Assembly: GCA_045597045.1 (NCBI GenBank)
Contig: JAZODN010000025.1
Span: 1 to 53,003, forward strand
Direction of reading: 5' to 3'
DNA: 53,003 nt
Source of the DNA: Acutalibacteraceae bacterium
Lineage (GTDB): Bacteria; Bacillota; Clostridia; Oscillospirales; Acutalibacteraceae
In this document: positions 15,286 through 24,344 of the stretch, piece by piece
Numbering within the stretch: the first letter of the stretch is position 1
How the letters are laid out: each line of letters starts with the position of its first letter
Program-made: the position numbers and the translations under genes
Notes under the pieces: model-generated
Database searches by the model: none
Told to the model about the DNA's origin: nothing
The model's input: the letters and a program-made list of their open reading frames with translations, nothing else

Positions 15286-17492
15286 GGTTTTTCCTCCTGT
15301 ATCAAATGGTATGTACCTGTGGTAATCATGGTTGTGTCGCTGCTGTTTTCCAATCGCCAATCGTTTTTTAAGACTAACGTAGCGGTAGCGGTGTCGGGTA
15401 TGGTGAGCGAAAGCAGGATGCCGTTGCCGTCCCGTTCCCATTTGATGGCGATTCGTCCGCAGGGGGCATCGTAAAACGCTTCGGCGAATGTCAACGTCGA
15501 AAGAAAGGCGGGGGAGACGGTTACGGCAGTAATATCCGTACCGGTGGGGTTGAACTGTAATCCGGCGATACGTTTTATGAAGAAGGCACTGACATCGCCC
15601 CAAAACATATGATTGAGCGAATCTTGCGGTTCTATGGTGAAACGTTCCCACAAGGCGGTAGCGCCTTGTGACAGAATATAGCCATAGGATGGGAAGGCTG
15701 GATCGGCGATCAAATGATAGGCGAGATCGGCATGTCCGTTTTCTGCAAGAAGATGGAACAGTACCCGTCCGCCAAGAACACCAACATCCATACGGTCGCC
15801 CGCCTCGTGAATATAGGTGAGCAGATGCTGTAATGCGTTTGGTTTTTCGGTATTTTCAAACATGCCATAATACAATGCCATTGCTTGTGACGTTTGGCAT
15901 TGACCGTGTACGACATCGTGGTGGATCAAATGTGTGCGGAATGCAGCGGTGAGTTCCTGCGCTAATGCTTCGGCAACTTTCCACCCGTCGTGACCAATTG
16001 CTTTCAGCAAAAATGCCGCTTTGTCCGCAATATCTTTGGCAACGATGGTGTCGGTCACGATCAAGGGGGCTTTTGGCGGAATATCCCCCACGTGACACCA
16101 ATCCCCCAGACCAAACGCGCAAAGTCCGTGTTCGTCGCGTTTTGAAGCGAGATAGTACAGATACTTCACAATCGCATCGGCAGATTCTTCGATCATTGTC
16201 GTGTCGCCACGATAGACATAGACGTAATAGGGGAGATACACCAACGCGCAATCCCATGCAGGACCGTTGCCCCAATGGAATCCCCATCCGCCTGTTGGTA
16301 CGATTCCGGGAAGCGCCCCATCCGCACGTTGCGCCTTCACAACGCTGTGTATCCATTGGCGGTAACACATCTCGGGAGTGAAGTTCAATAGCATGCATTC
16401 ACATGCCAAGGCCGCATCGGCCATCCACCCGTTCTTTTCACGCTGAGGGCAATCGTTCGGGAAATGCCACATGTTGGCAAGTCCGCTGCGACGGGTAATG
16501 GTTTGTATGGCATTTAGGGTGTTGTCGGAACACCGAAAATCGCCACGCGGTTGCAGGTCGGAGTGGTATACACATTGTGTGAGCAACGAGGGCGTTGCTT
16601 GTTCTTCGGTGATGCCAAATACGGCGACATAGCGGAACCCGTGGTAGGTGAACGACGGGGTGTAGGTTTCTGCTTCGCCGCCTTTGCAGATGTAAATGTC
16701 GGTGTGCACCAAATGTTGCACATCTTCAAAAGTGGGGGAATCGTATGCACACCACAATGCTTGTACGTTCAGTTCGCCATTTTTCAGGAATTCGGCATGT
16801 TGCATGGTGATGCGCTGACCTGTATGCCCTTGGACGGACAAACGTACAAGCCCTGCATCAATAATGCCAAAATCGTAAAGAAAACCGCCCTTATATGGGG
16901 TGATTGCTACAGGGGCACGTTCTTCGTGACAACAGATCGGCGGAACGGCCGCATGTGCAAGTGTGCCTTTCGGAGCAGTGGCCTCTAAAGCATGGCGCCA
17001 TTCACCGTCATCAAAATCGACCGCGTTCCAGTTTGCGATCTCGCGGGTGGCATCGTAATGTTCGCCCAGACGGTAATCGTCAAAAAGAATAGGGGACGGT
17101 GCGGTTATGAAGGTGGTGTCGCTTTCCAATATGCCATGGATGGTCAGGGAAAATGAGGGGGCGGCACGAAAAGATGCTTTGTCAAAATCCCACACGTAAC
17201 CGCCCGGATTGTTTTGAAATCCGTTGCCGAGCAGAATGCCGATGACGTTATCGCCGCTTTGTAACGATATTTCGTATTCGTCGTAGTAGACCAGATGATC
17301 GGGGTTGGCGATATACGGTGAAAGCAGTCCTTTTGTGTATTCCTGTCCGTTTACCCATACGCGGTAAAAACCACCGGTTGCAATGCGCATGGTACCCAAT
17401 TTTGCGTGTGAAACCGTGAACCGTTTGCGGAAATAGGGGGCGGGGATGTGGTTTTCAAGCGTGGTGTATTGCGCGGTTGCTTGGATGAACAT
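15282..17492 (-). CDS. alpha-L-rhamnosidase-like glycoside hydrolase (GH78-type), no signal peptide
   Basis: 736 aa. N-terminus APYFRKRFTV...RIATGGFYRVWVNGQ is typical of the rhamnosidase N-domain; the six-hairpin-like catalytic part includes WHFPNDCPQREKNGWMAD. Confidence 0.7.
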   Translation of the reverse strand: MFIQATAQYTTLENHIPAPYFRKRFTVSHAKLGTMRIATGGFYRVWVNGQEYTKGLLSPYIANPDHLVYYDEYEISLQSGDNVIGILLGNGFQNNPGGYVWDFDKASFRAAPSFSLTIHGILESDTTFITAPSPILFDDYRLGEHYDATREIANWNAVDFDDGEWRHALEATAPKGTLAHAAVPPICCHEERAPVAITPYKGGFLYDFGIIDAGLVRLSVQGHTGQRITMQHAEFLKNGELNVQALWCAYDSPTFEDVQHLVHTDIYICKGGEAETYTPSFTYHGFRYVAVFGITEEQATPSLLTQCVYHSDLQPRGDFRCSDNTLNAIQTITRRSGLANMWHFPNDCPQREKNGWMADAALACECMLLNFTPEMCYRQWIHSVVKAQRADGALPGIVPTGGWGFHWGNGPAWDCALVYLPYYVYVYRGDTTMIEESADAIVKYLYYLASKRDEHGLCAFGLGDWCHVGDIPPKAPLIVTDTIVAKDIADKAAFLLKAIGHDGWKVAEALAQELTAAFRTHLIHHDVVHGQCQTSQAMALYYGMFENTEKPNALQHLLTYIHEAGDRMDVGVLGGRVLFHLLAENGHADLAYHLIADPAFPSYGYILSQGATALWERFTIEPQDSLNHMFWGDVSAFFIKRIAGLQFNPTGTDITAVTVSPAFLSTLTFAEAFYDAPCGRIAIKWERDGNGILLSLTIPDTATATLVLKNDWRLENSSDTTMITTGTYHLIQEEKP

Positions 17493-17504
17493 AGCGCACC
17501 TCCT

Positions 17505-19031
17505 TCAAAAACAAAGTGTGATACGTCCATTTTCCGAACGTATGCACTGTGAGGAAATAAATTGCCCTTCTGTAGCGGTCAGTGAGTATACCATGCCGTT
17601 GTAATTAAGGGTTAACTTTGTTTCTTCTTGTTGCTCTATCGTGGGGAAATGGTCGTCCGTTTTGCCGTAGTGATAGGTGAGGGTGAAGGGCTTTTGAGCG
17701 GCGATGCTCAGCGAGCGGGGGCGAAGTGTAACGGAAAAAGTGCCGTAATCCAACGTGGCGTTTTCGCCATCTTCTTGAAATAATGGGGCTTTGCACAGGG
17801 GCGGTGTGTCATCGGTAAAGGCGAAGCGACCGCCGGCGATTGTTCCGTTGCCGCTATGGCGAAATCCGTCAAATACAGGGAGCGTTTCATAGGTTGCGCT
17901 GTTTTCGGCGCAACACACATCTTCGTATGGGTCGGGTACATCCGCCCCAAACAGATGCAGGTCGCGTATCCGAAACTCGTTGGCATCGCCGTACAAATTG
18001 ATACGGTAGGTGTCGCTGGAGTACCATATGGAATGTTTCCGTTCATCGTCGTATGCCGTATGGACAGCAATGGCCGAAGCGGGGGTGTGATCGAATTGAT
18101 GCTTATACCAACGTCCTGTTTCGCCGAGCGGTTCTACGGTGATTTTTCCTTCGCTCTGCAATTGCGCAAACAGCGGGAATTGATATAGAATGCCGTCACG
18201 CATCAAGTCCCAGCCAAAACTGTTTTCTTGTCCCGCTTGTGCGTATCCAAACGAAAGACACTCGCCGTTGAAGTTTTCGCGCATATACCAATCTACCCAG
18301 TGAGGATCGGCACCGCCACCGTCAGGGTAGGATGGTTCTAATGTGAACACCTTTTGCGAAGGGGTGGTTTGTTGCGTGGCTTCCATTCCCGCGTCGTATT
18401 GATACACAGGGTCGCTTCCGAGCATACGAAACAACGGCGCTGAAAGGGCATTCTCTTTCGTTTGTGCAGGGAAGAAAACGTTGTTACGCGCGGGGTAGTA
18501 TCCTTGCCCGTAATAGCCGCCCCACAGGGTGTAACCATCGGTGCCGAACTGTTCTTTGCAGTTGCACATAGCATCGATTTCATAATGGTCGCATACGTAG
18601 CAAGCAGTGTGGCTGTCGAAAAACCACGAACCGAAAACACGTGGATAATAGCCGAAAACCGCGCGGAAGCGTTCGAACAAAACGTCGACCAATTGTTCCC
18701 GCTGTGCTTTTGTATATCCCACAGGAAATCCGCAGTGACAGTGCCAGTCCCACGCAAAGCGTCCTGTCCACGGTATACCACACGCTTTGGCTTGCGGTTC
18801 CACGATCTCGTGCCACACACCAAACTCGAACTGCATGGGGTCCAGTGCACGTAATAGGGTGGTATATGTGGGATCTAACAGTGTGTCGTACTGTAACAAG
18901 AAGGTGCCGCGCAGACGATGTTGTTGCATCAAGCGGATCTGTTCTTTGAGCGGGGTCAAAAGGTCGCGCTCCATGCGCGGTTCCACACCGCGCAGAAAGT
19001 TTACAATGTTGACAATCTGTCTTTTTTTCAA
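17505..19031 (-). CDS. uncharacterised 508-aa cytoplasmic protein in the rhamnosidase locus
   Basis: TTG 19031 is preceded by AAAGGAGG at 7 nt; the listed start at 19085 has no RBS. Rich in conserved-looking aromatic/Cys patches (WDWHCHCGFPVGY, GYTLWGGYYGQGYYP). No family recognised. Confidence 0.6.
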   Translation of the reverse strand: MKKRQIVNIVNFLRGVEPRMERDLLTPLKEQIRLMQQHRLRGTFLLQYDTLLDPTYTTLLRALDPMQFEFGVWHEIVEPQAKACGIPWTGRFAWDWHCHCGFPVGYTKAQREQLVDVLFERFRAVFGYYPRVFGSWFFDSHTACYVCDHYEIDAMCNCKEQFGTDGYTLWGGYYGQGYYPARNNVFFPAQTKENALSAPLFRMLGSDPVYQYDAGMEATQQTTPSQKVFTLEPSYPDGGGADPHWVDWYMRENFNGECLSFGYAQAGQENSFGWDLMRDGILYQFPLFAQLQSEGKITVEPLGETGRWYKHQFDHTPASAIAVHTAYDDERKHSIWYSSDTYRINLYGDANEFRIRDLHLFGADVPDPYEDVCCAENSATYETLPVFDGFRHSGNGTIAGGRFAFTDDTPPLCKAPLFQEDGENATLDYGTFSVTLRPRSLSIAAQKPFTLTYHYGKTDDHFPTIEQQEETKLTLNYNGMVYSLTATEGQFISSQCIRSENGRITLCF

Positions 19032-19052
19032 GAGGTATCCTCCTTTGGGGTG

Positions 19053-19081
19053 TTGCAAAATTACACTGTATATTGTACAAT
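19053..19081 (+). promoter_or_regulatory. sigma-A-type promoter for the AraC-family gene, in a divergent control region
   Basis: TTGCAA (19053-19058), 17 nt, TACAAT (19076-19081). Overlaps a TTACACT-N18-AGTGTAA inverted repeat and a TTGTACAA palindrome. Confidence 0.5.
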
Positions 19082-19151
19082 GCAAAGTGTAAAAGCGAAA
19101 TGGAATGATCGCTTAAAAAAGTGGACAAATCAACTGATGAGGAGGTACGAT

Positions 19152-19967
19152 ATGTTTCAATCCTATTATCGCGACATAGCCGATCCTAATAACGATTTTT
19201 TAAACGATGCCGTATCGTTGCAGGTCAATTGCGCGGGGCGGGAACAACACATACAACCGATGGCGGCACATGCGGTGCGGCGGGATCACTATCTCTATTA
19301 CCAAGTGGCGGGTACTGTGGTGGTATCGGAACCACTCTCTTGCTGCTTAAAGGCGGGGGACCTGCTTTGGTTTCAAAGCGGTGTGCCGTTCGCCTATCGG
19401 GATGATGGATTGAGTGAGCATTGCTTTGTTCACTTCACGGGATCGGCTGCGGAAGAATGGCTCGAAAAAGCGGGATTAGCACCGCACACGGTGTATCATG
19501 TAACCGCCGATACCGTAGAAGAGGAGTTTCGCCATTTGTTTTCTGCTTTTTTACATCGGGATGCACAATTCGATATCGAAACGGTCGCCGCATTGTTACG
19601 GTTGCTTTCGGCAGTCGGTCGTTCTGTGCAAGGTTCCTGCGAACGAAACGGAGAGTTTCGATTGGAACGCAGTTTGCGGTATATTCACGATCACGTAACG
19701 GAACGTATCACGCTCACAACGCTTGCACGATTGGAAAATTTGAGCCAAAGTCGTTACCGCACGTTGTTTTGCGAGACAATGAAACAATCGCCGCTCGCGT
19801 ATGTACTTTCGCTACGCATGGATATGGCATGCCGTCTGCTTAAAAATTCAGCCATGAGTGTGCAAGAAATTGCACACGCGGTGGGGTATGATGATCCGCA
19901 CTACTTTTCACGTATTTTTCATCAAAAGGCGGGGGTTTCCCCATTAGCGTACCGCTTCAATGAATAA
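19152..19967 (+). CDS. AraC family transcriptional regulator (cupin-like sensor plus HTH)
   Basis: C-terminal dual HTH (LTTLARLENLSQSRYRTLF..., VQEIAHAVGYDDPHYFSRIFHQKAGVSPLAYR). GAGGAGG RBS before ATG 19152; the listed start at 18918 is an over-extension. Confidence 0.85.
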   Translation: MFQSYYRDIADPNNDFLNDAVSLQVNCAGREQHIQPMAAHAVRRDHYLYYQVAGTVVVSEPLSCCLKAGDLLWFQSGVPFAYRDDGLSEHCFVHFTGSAAEEWLEKAGLAPHTVYHVTADTVEEEFRHLFSAFLHRDAQFDIETVAALLRLLSAVGRSVQGSCERNGEFRLERSLRYIHDHVTERITLTTLARLENLSQSRYRTLFCETMKQSPLAYVLSLRMDMACRLLKNSAMSVQEIAHAVGYDDPHYFSRIFHQKAGVSPLAYRFNE

Positions 19968-19997
19968 AAAAATCCCGAGAAAATCTCGGGATTTTTT
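19968..19997. terminator. bidirectional intrinsic terminator
   Basis: AAAAAATCCCGAGA-AAA-TCTCGGGATTTTTT. Confidence 0.9.
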
Positions 19998-20000
19998 GGC

Positions 20001-20564
20001 TTATAGTGTGATAACCGTGGCGTCCAGCAACGCAATTTCATCGGGGTGGTGGGTGACAAGCACCACGGGGTGGGTCTCTGCGTAGCGGCGGATGAGCGCG
20101 GCAATATCATCGCGGTTTTGCGCATCGATACCGTTGAACGGTTCGTCCAGCGCCAACCAGCGGCTTTCGGTTGCCAGGGCACGGGCGATGGCGACGCGCC
20201 GCCGCATGCCGCCGCTGAGCTCCCGTGGGAACTGGTGAAACACCGCATCGGACAAGCCTACGGCGCGCAGTGTTTCCTTGGCGCGGTCGGCAGAGGTGGC
20301 TGTAAGAGCCACGTTTTCCAGCACCGTTTTCCAAGGTAACAAGCGGTTTTCCTGAAACACCGCTGTCGGAAGGGAGCGATCCCCCTCAATGGTGCCGCAT
20401 TCGGGTGTTTCCAACCCCAACAGCAGGCGCAACAGGGTGGTCTTTCCGCAGCCCGAAGGCCCAAACAAGCAGGTGACACCGCGATCGGGGATGGTGAGCG
20501 ACAGGTTGTGCAGCACGGCTTTGTCGGGATAGGCAAAGCTCACGTTATCCAAAACAAACGCCAT
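20001..20564 (-). CDS. ABC transporter ATP-binding protein, compact (187 aa)
   Basis: Walker A GPSGCGKTT, Q-loop VFQENRLLPW, signature LSGGMRRR, Walker B WLALDEP, H-loop VTHH. Confidence 0.85.
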   Translation of the reverse strand: MAFVLDNVSFAYPDKAVLHNLSLTIPDRGVTCLFGPSGCGKTTLLRLLLGLETPECGTIEGDRSLPTAVFQENRLLPWKTVLENVALTATSADRAKETLRAVGLSDAVFHQFPRELSGGMRRRVAIARALATESRWLALDEPFNGIDAQNRDDIAALIRRYAETHPVVLVTHHPDEIALLDATVITL

Positions 20565-20567
20565 GAC

Positions 20568-21365
20568 TCACACCTCCTCGGTTGCGTTAAAACGCCGTCC
20601 AAGCCGTTTGGCCGTTGCCAAAAGCAAGCGTTCCAACAACACGCTCAACACAATGATCGCAATGGTGTAGGCAAACACCTGTGGGGTTTCCAAGTGGTTC
20701 TTTGCGGTTTGCAGCAAGCGACCGATCGAGTTTTGCGGGCGGCAAATGACCTCGGCGGCCACACCGGATTTCCAGGCAAGCCCCAGTGCCGTGGTGCAGG
20801 CGGTGAGGAAATGCGGCATAATAGAGGGGATCCACACGTGAAGTAGCGTGCGCCGCCGTCCCATGCGGAACACCGTCGCTGTTTCCAACAGCCGACGGTC
20901 GGTCTGCTGCAGCCCCTTTTCCACGTTGCTCCACACAATAGGTAGAACCATCAAAAAGGCAATAAACGCCGGCAGTGTATCGGTTTTCAACCAGACAAAA
21001 GCCAAAATGATAAACGAGGCAACCGGTGTGGCGCGCACGGTTTTGAGCATGGGGGAGAGCAGGTGTGCCGCCACCGCGAAACGGAAGGTCAGCAATGCTA
21101 AGATGCAACCAGTTACCACGCCGCCTGCAAAGCCGACAGCCACACGCAGCAGTGACGCTGCAGCGGCTTTCCAAAACGTGACCGTGCCGATCATTTGCCA
21201 CAGTGTTTTGGCGACCAGCGGTGGGGTGGGTACCAACAATTCCTGGTTGACACGCTGAGCGACCAACCACCACACCGCTACCCAAAAGAGTAACGCCGCG
21301 GTGCCGATCAGCCAACGTGCCGCAAGGGAGAGGGGGTTATTTCGATACGAAGTAGAAGTCATCAT
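20568..21365 (-). CDS. ABC transporter permease (NitT/TauT-type, BPD inner-membrane component)
   Basis: Six hydrophobic helices. GGAGGTG RBS 9 nt upstream of ATG 21365; the listed start at 21404 lacks an RBS. Confidence 0.75.
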   Translation of the reverse strand: MMTSTSYRNNPLSLAARWLIGTAALLFWVAVWWLVAQRVNQELLVPTPPLVAKTLWQMIGTVTFWKAAAASLLRVAVGFAGGVVTGCILALLTFRFAVAAHLLSPMLKTVRATPVASFIILAFVWLKTDTLPAFIAFLMVLPIVWSNVEKGLQQTDRRLLETATVFRMGRRRTLLHVWIPSIMPHFLTACTTALGLAWKSGVAAEVICRPQNSIGRLLQTAKNHLETPQVFAYTIAIIVLSVLLERLLLATAKRLGRRFNATEEV

Positions 21366-22374
21366 TCGGCACAGCACCTCCGATGGAAGTGGGATCAGCC
21401 TCAAAGAGAATTTCGTAATAGCCGTGGATAGCCGGCTTCATATCCACACCGGCAACAAAGACTACGTTGCAGCGCGGAATAGCCTTTTTAGCAATCGGTT
21501 CGGCTGCAATGATGCCAAATTCCGCGCACAGTTGGGCCGTGGCTTCTACGTTCGCTACAGCATTGATCGAGGTTTTGTATTCCGCAAGAAATGCTTGCAC
21601 GGCAGCGTTGTTGCTTTTCACGAAGCTTTTTTTGGCAATGACACAGCCCATCATCATGGCGCTGTCGGGTTCCACTGCTTTCCACGCGGCGTCCATGCTG
21701 ATCGCCATGCGCAGATTCGGGTTTTTGGTCATGGCTGTGGTGGCGGCCGGTTCGGGCACCATGGCAATCTCAATCTCGCCTGCCGCCAGCTTGGCTACCA
21801 GTTCACTGTTTTCTGCCAAAAATTCAATGGTTACGTCACGGTCGGGATCTATGCCGTTTTCCTTCAAAATGTGACGCAGCACATATTCGGGGTTGGCACC
21901 TTCGCCGGTGGAATAGATGGTCTTGCCACGCAGATCCTCCACCGTTTGCACCGTGTTGCCGTTTTCCAGCATATACAGCACACCGGCTGTGTTGAGCGCC
22001 AACACCTGCACGTCACCGCCCAGCTTTTTATACAACTTTGCGGCAAGGTTGGTCGGGACAGAGGCGATCTGCACATCGCCGTTTGAGAATTTGCCCACCA
22101 CTTCTTCAGGCGAAGAGGCGATGGTGAAGGTGTATTCGATCGCCTCGGAGGCGGTTGCATTCTTCATCAAATTGGCCAAGCCCACGCCTGTGGGACCTTG
22201 AATGCCGGCGATGGAAAGCTTCGTTTTGCTAACGGTGGGAGTAGGCGCGGTGGTCGTTGTGGTGGTGGTATCTCCGTTGTTGGCGGGCGGCGTTGTCGTG
22301 CAGCCGCAGACGGTTACGACCAAAGAGACCGCCAGCAACAGTGCCAGTAACAGTTTAACGGTGTGTTTCATCAT
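21337..22374 (-). CDS. ABC transporter substrate-binding lipoprotein (NMT1/SsuA/NitT-TauT-like)
   Basis: Lipobox LVVTVCGC followed by a poly-Thr linker (GDTTTTTTTAPTPT). Periplasmic-binding fold features. Confidence 0.7.
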   Translation of the reverse strand: MMKHTVKLLLALLLAVSLVVTVCGCTTTPPANNGDTTTTTTTAPTPTVSKTKLSIAGIQGPTGVGLANLMKNATASEAIEYTFTIASSPEEVVGKFSNGDVQIASVPTNLAAKLYKKLGGDVQVLALNTAGVLYMLENGNTVQTVEDLRGKTIYSTGEGANPEYVLRHILKENGIDPDRDVTIEFLAENSELVAKLAAGEIEIAMVPEPAATTAMTKNPNLRMAISMDAAWKAVEPDSAMMMGCVIAKKSFVKSNNAAVQAFLAEYKTSINAVANVEATAQLCAEFGIIAAEPIAKKAIPRCNVVFVAGVDMKPAIHGYYEILFEADPTSIGGAVPNDDFYFVSK

Positions 22375-22397
22375 TCATCTCTCCTTAGGATATGGTA

Positions 22398-23012
22398 TTA
22401 GCATATATAGATGGACTTGCCTTCGCGGCGGATCTTGCCGTCGGCAGCAAGTGAATCTAACGAACGGTAAAGGCTGGTGCGGCCGATATCCAGCATGCGC
22501 GACAGTTCGCTCATGCCGTGAGGAAGGGTGACCAACCCGTTTTCATCGCCATGCTGGCGCAGATACACCAGCAGTCGATCTTCGGCATTGCCTGCGGTGA
22601 AGGCGGCAATGCGTTGGTTGAGAAAGCGGATGCGATCGGACAGAAAACCAATGTAGTTTTCTGCCACGCGAAAATCTTGCTGCATCCATGCTTTTAACAA
22701 ATCTTCATCGAAAAAAAGAAGTTCGGTTGCCGTGGCGGCGCGCACCTCGGTGACGTACTGCGTGGTTTCGCCATACAAGGCGGCGGCACCGAAAACTGCA
22801 CCGACACCAAGACGGTTCAGCACGGCGGTATCGCGTATGACCACCACTTCGCCGCACAGCACCACACCTACCGCGCGGCGAAACTGCGCCGCGGAATAGA
22901 TGACGCTGCCTTTTTCAAAGCGTTCGGGCGGCGGTGCCTGTGCCAGCAAACAGTCACGTTCCCGAACAGTTAGGCCGCGAAACAGAAAGATATCGCTCGG
23001 CAAAGAATGCAT
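22398..23012 (-). CDS. Crp/Fnr family transcriptional regulator
   Basis: N-terminal cNMP-binding-like barrel and C-terminal HTH (MSELSRMLDIGRTSLYRSLDSLAADGKI). No N-terminal Cys cluster, so not a classical FNR O2 sensor. Confidence 0.8.
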   Translation of the reverse strand: MHSLPSDIFLFRGLTVRERDCLLAQAPPPERFEKGSVIYSAAQFRRAVGVVLCGEVVVIRDTAVLNRLGVGAVFGAAALYGETTQYVTEVRAATATELLFFDEDLLKAWMQQDFRVAENYIGFLSDRIRFLNQRIAAFTAGNAEDRLLVYLRQHGDENGLVTLPHGMSELSRMLDIGRTSLYRSLDSLAADGKIRREGKSIYIC

Positions 23013-23035
23013 CTGTCAACCCCCCTTTTTTTTTG

Positions 23036-23061
23036 AAAAGTGTGCCATATGGAACACTTTT
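23036..23061. promoter_or_regulatory. 26-bp near-perfect palindrome in the 5' region of the Crp-family gene
   Basis: AAAAGTGTGCCAT|ATGGAACACTTTT, with one mismatched pair. It lies 24-49 nt upstream of the minus-strand ATG at 23012, just before its RBS. Confidence 0.5.
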
Positions 23062-23285
23062 TCTTAAAGTTATATTATCACGCTTTGCTAAAAATTGCAA
23101 GCAAAAGGAGAAGAAGAGGGCGGATTTTGTAGATTTATCAAAAAGTGCACAAAAACAAAGGGTTCATTTGGGCTATTTTGACGGTTGTTTTTGAGGATAA
23201 TTTTTCCTATAATTTAACTGGTGTATTTTGTGCCGATACTGTTTTTTTGAGATTTCGAATTTTATGTTTATTAACGGAGGACTAT

Positions 23286-24344
23286 ATGGAACAACGCAAA
23301 CAGCGTCTTGCGTGCTACGATCGCATGCGTGTGTTGGCGATCATCGGCATTGTGATCGGCAGCATTTCGGACATGTTGGTTGTCAAAGAGGCCGCTGCAG
23401 GACAAGCTTTGAAATTTGTTTGGCACCTTGCCAATCTTTTTTCGTCATTGGTGAAACCGGCTGTGCCGCTGCTGTTGATGGCTGAGGGTGCCCTGTTGTT
23501 GGATAAGTCGGATTCCGCGTCTCTCAAAGACGTGTTGCGTCGGCGTGTGTTGCCGATGCTCTCCACGCTGGCTGTTTGGTCGGTGGTTTTCTTGGTGGTT
23601 CGCTATTTGTGGCAGGGGTTGGTCGGCGAAAACGTGGTGCCTGCGGACGCGTTGTTTTCGATCGTCAGCACACCCGTATCTTCCCACTTGTGGCTGTTAT
23701 ATCTCTTGTTGGCGGTATATTTGATGCTGCCGTTTTTGCGCTTGCTTGTGGAGCATGCGCCACGCGAGCTTTTGCGTTTTGCGGTGGGATTGTGGCTGTT
23801 TTACAGTTCGGTGATGCCTGCAATTTCTGCGCCCGGGGTGTTGCCGGAGTTGACGTTGGCTCCGTATTCCACTGCCAACGTGCTTGGCGGTTACCTGGGG
23901 TATATATTGCTCGGCTGGATGCTTGCCACCACCGAGCGTCGCACCAAAGTGCTGCATATGCTGATCGTCTACGGTGTGCTTGGTGTGCTCACGGCAGTGG
24001 GTACCGCACTGCTCACCAAGGGGGCGGGTACGGCTAACGTAGTGATGTATCAGGGCTTTATGCCGAACATCGTGCTTATGGCGGCGGCCGCATTTATGGC
24101 CTGCTGTGAGTTTAATCTCGAAACCGTGTTTACTCCGTGGATCGGGCCGATGGCACAATATTCGTTCGGTATGTATATCGTGCACGGCTTGTTTGCGCTG
24201 TTGCTGCAACCGCTGGTGAATATACTGCCGAGTATCATTCCGTTGGTGTTGGCACCGGCCGTTGTGTGGTTGTTGTCGCTGGTCACGGTGGCCTTTATGC
24301 GCCGTTCGCTGTTTGTGCGACGTGTATTTTTAGGAGATTATTGA
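23286..24344 (+). CDS. acyltransferase family 3 (integral membrane O-acyltransferase)
   Basis: About 10 TM segments. N-terminus RKQRLACYDRMRVLAIIGIV is typical of acyltransferase_3. GGAGG RBS before ATG 23286. Confidence 0.7.
   Translation: MEQRKQRLACYDRMRVLAIIGIVIGSISDMLVVKEAAAGQALKFVWHLANLFSSLVKPAVPLLLMAEGALLLDKSDSASLKDVLRRRVLPMLSTLAVWSVVFLVVRYLWQGLVGENVVPADALFSIVSTPVSSHLWLLYLLLAVYLMLPFLRLLVEHAPRELLRFAVGLWLFYSSVMPAISAPGVLPELTLAPYSTANVLGGYLGYILLGWMLATTERRTKVLHMLIVYGVLGVLTAVGTALLTKGAGTANVVMYQGFMPNIVLMAAAAFMACCEFNLETVFTPWIGPMAQYSFGMYIVHGLFALLLQPLVNILPSIIPLVLAPAVVWLLSLVTVAFMRRSLFVRRVFLGDY

Noticed and set aside
14707-15651. ORF-track N-terminal extensions (for example 314-aa SGNH ORF, 18918 araC, 23145 acyltransferase, 26108 spoIIAA, 37676 plsC-like, 44451, 49066, 51115, 51466)
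   Set aside because: The extensions overlap upstream genes or terminators and lack an RBS. Internal ATG/GTG/TTG codons with AGGAGG-type sites give N-termini matching the expected family starts.
20001-20564. 187-aa ABC ATPase as a truncated pseudogene
   Set aside because: All NBD motifs are present in order (Walker A, Q-loop, signature, Walker B, H-loop), and the gene ends at a clean stop before a strong terminator. It looks like a compact but intact NBD.
22375-23140. TPP riboswitch upstream of the NMT1/THI5-like ABC system
   Set aside because: The binding-protein gene is only 23 nt from the crp-like gene. The leader upstream of crp shows a simple palindrome, and no CUGAGA/ACCUGA-type THI-box elements were seen.
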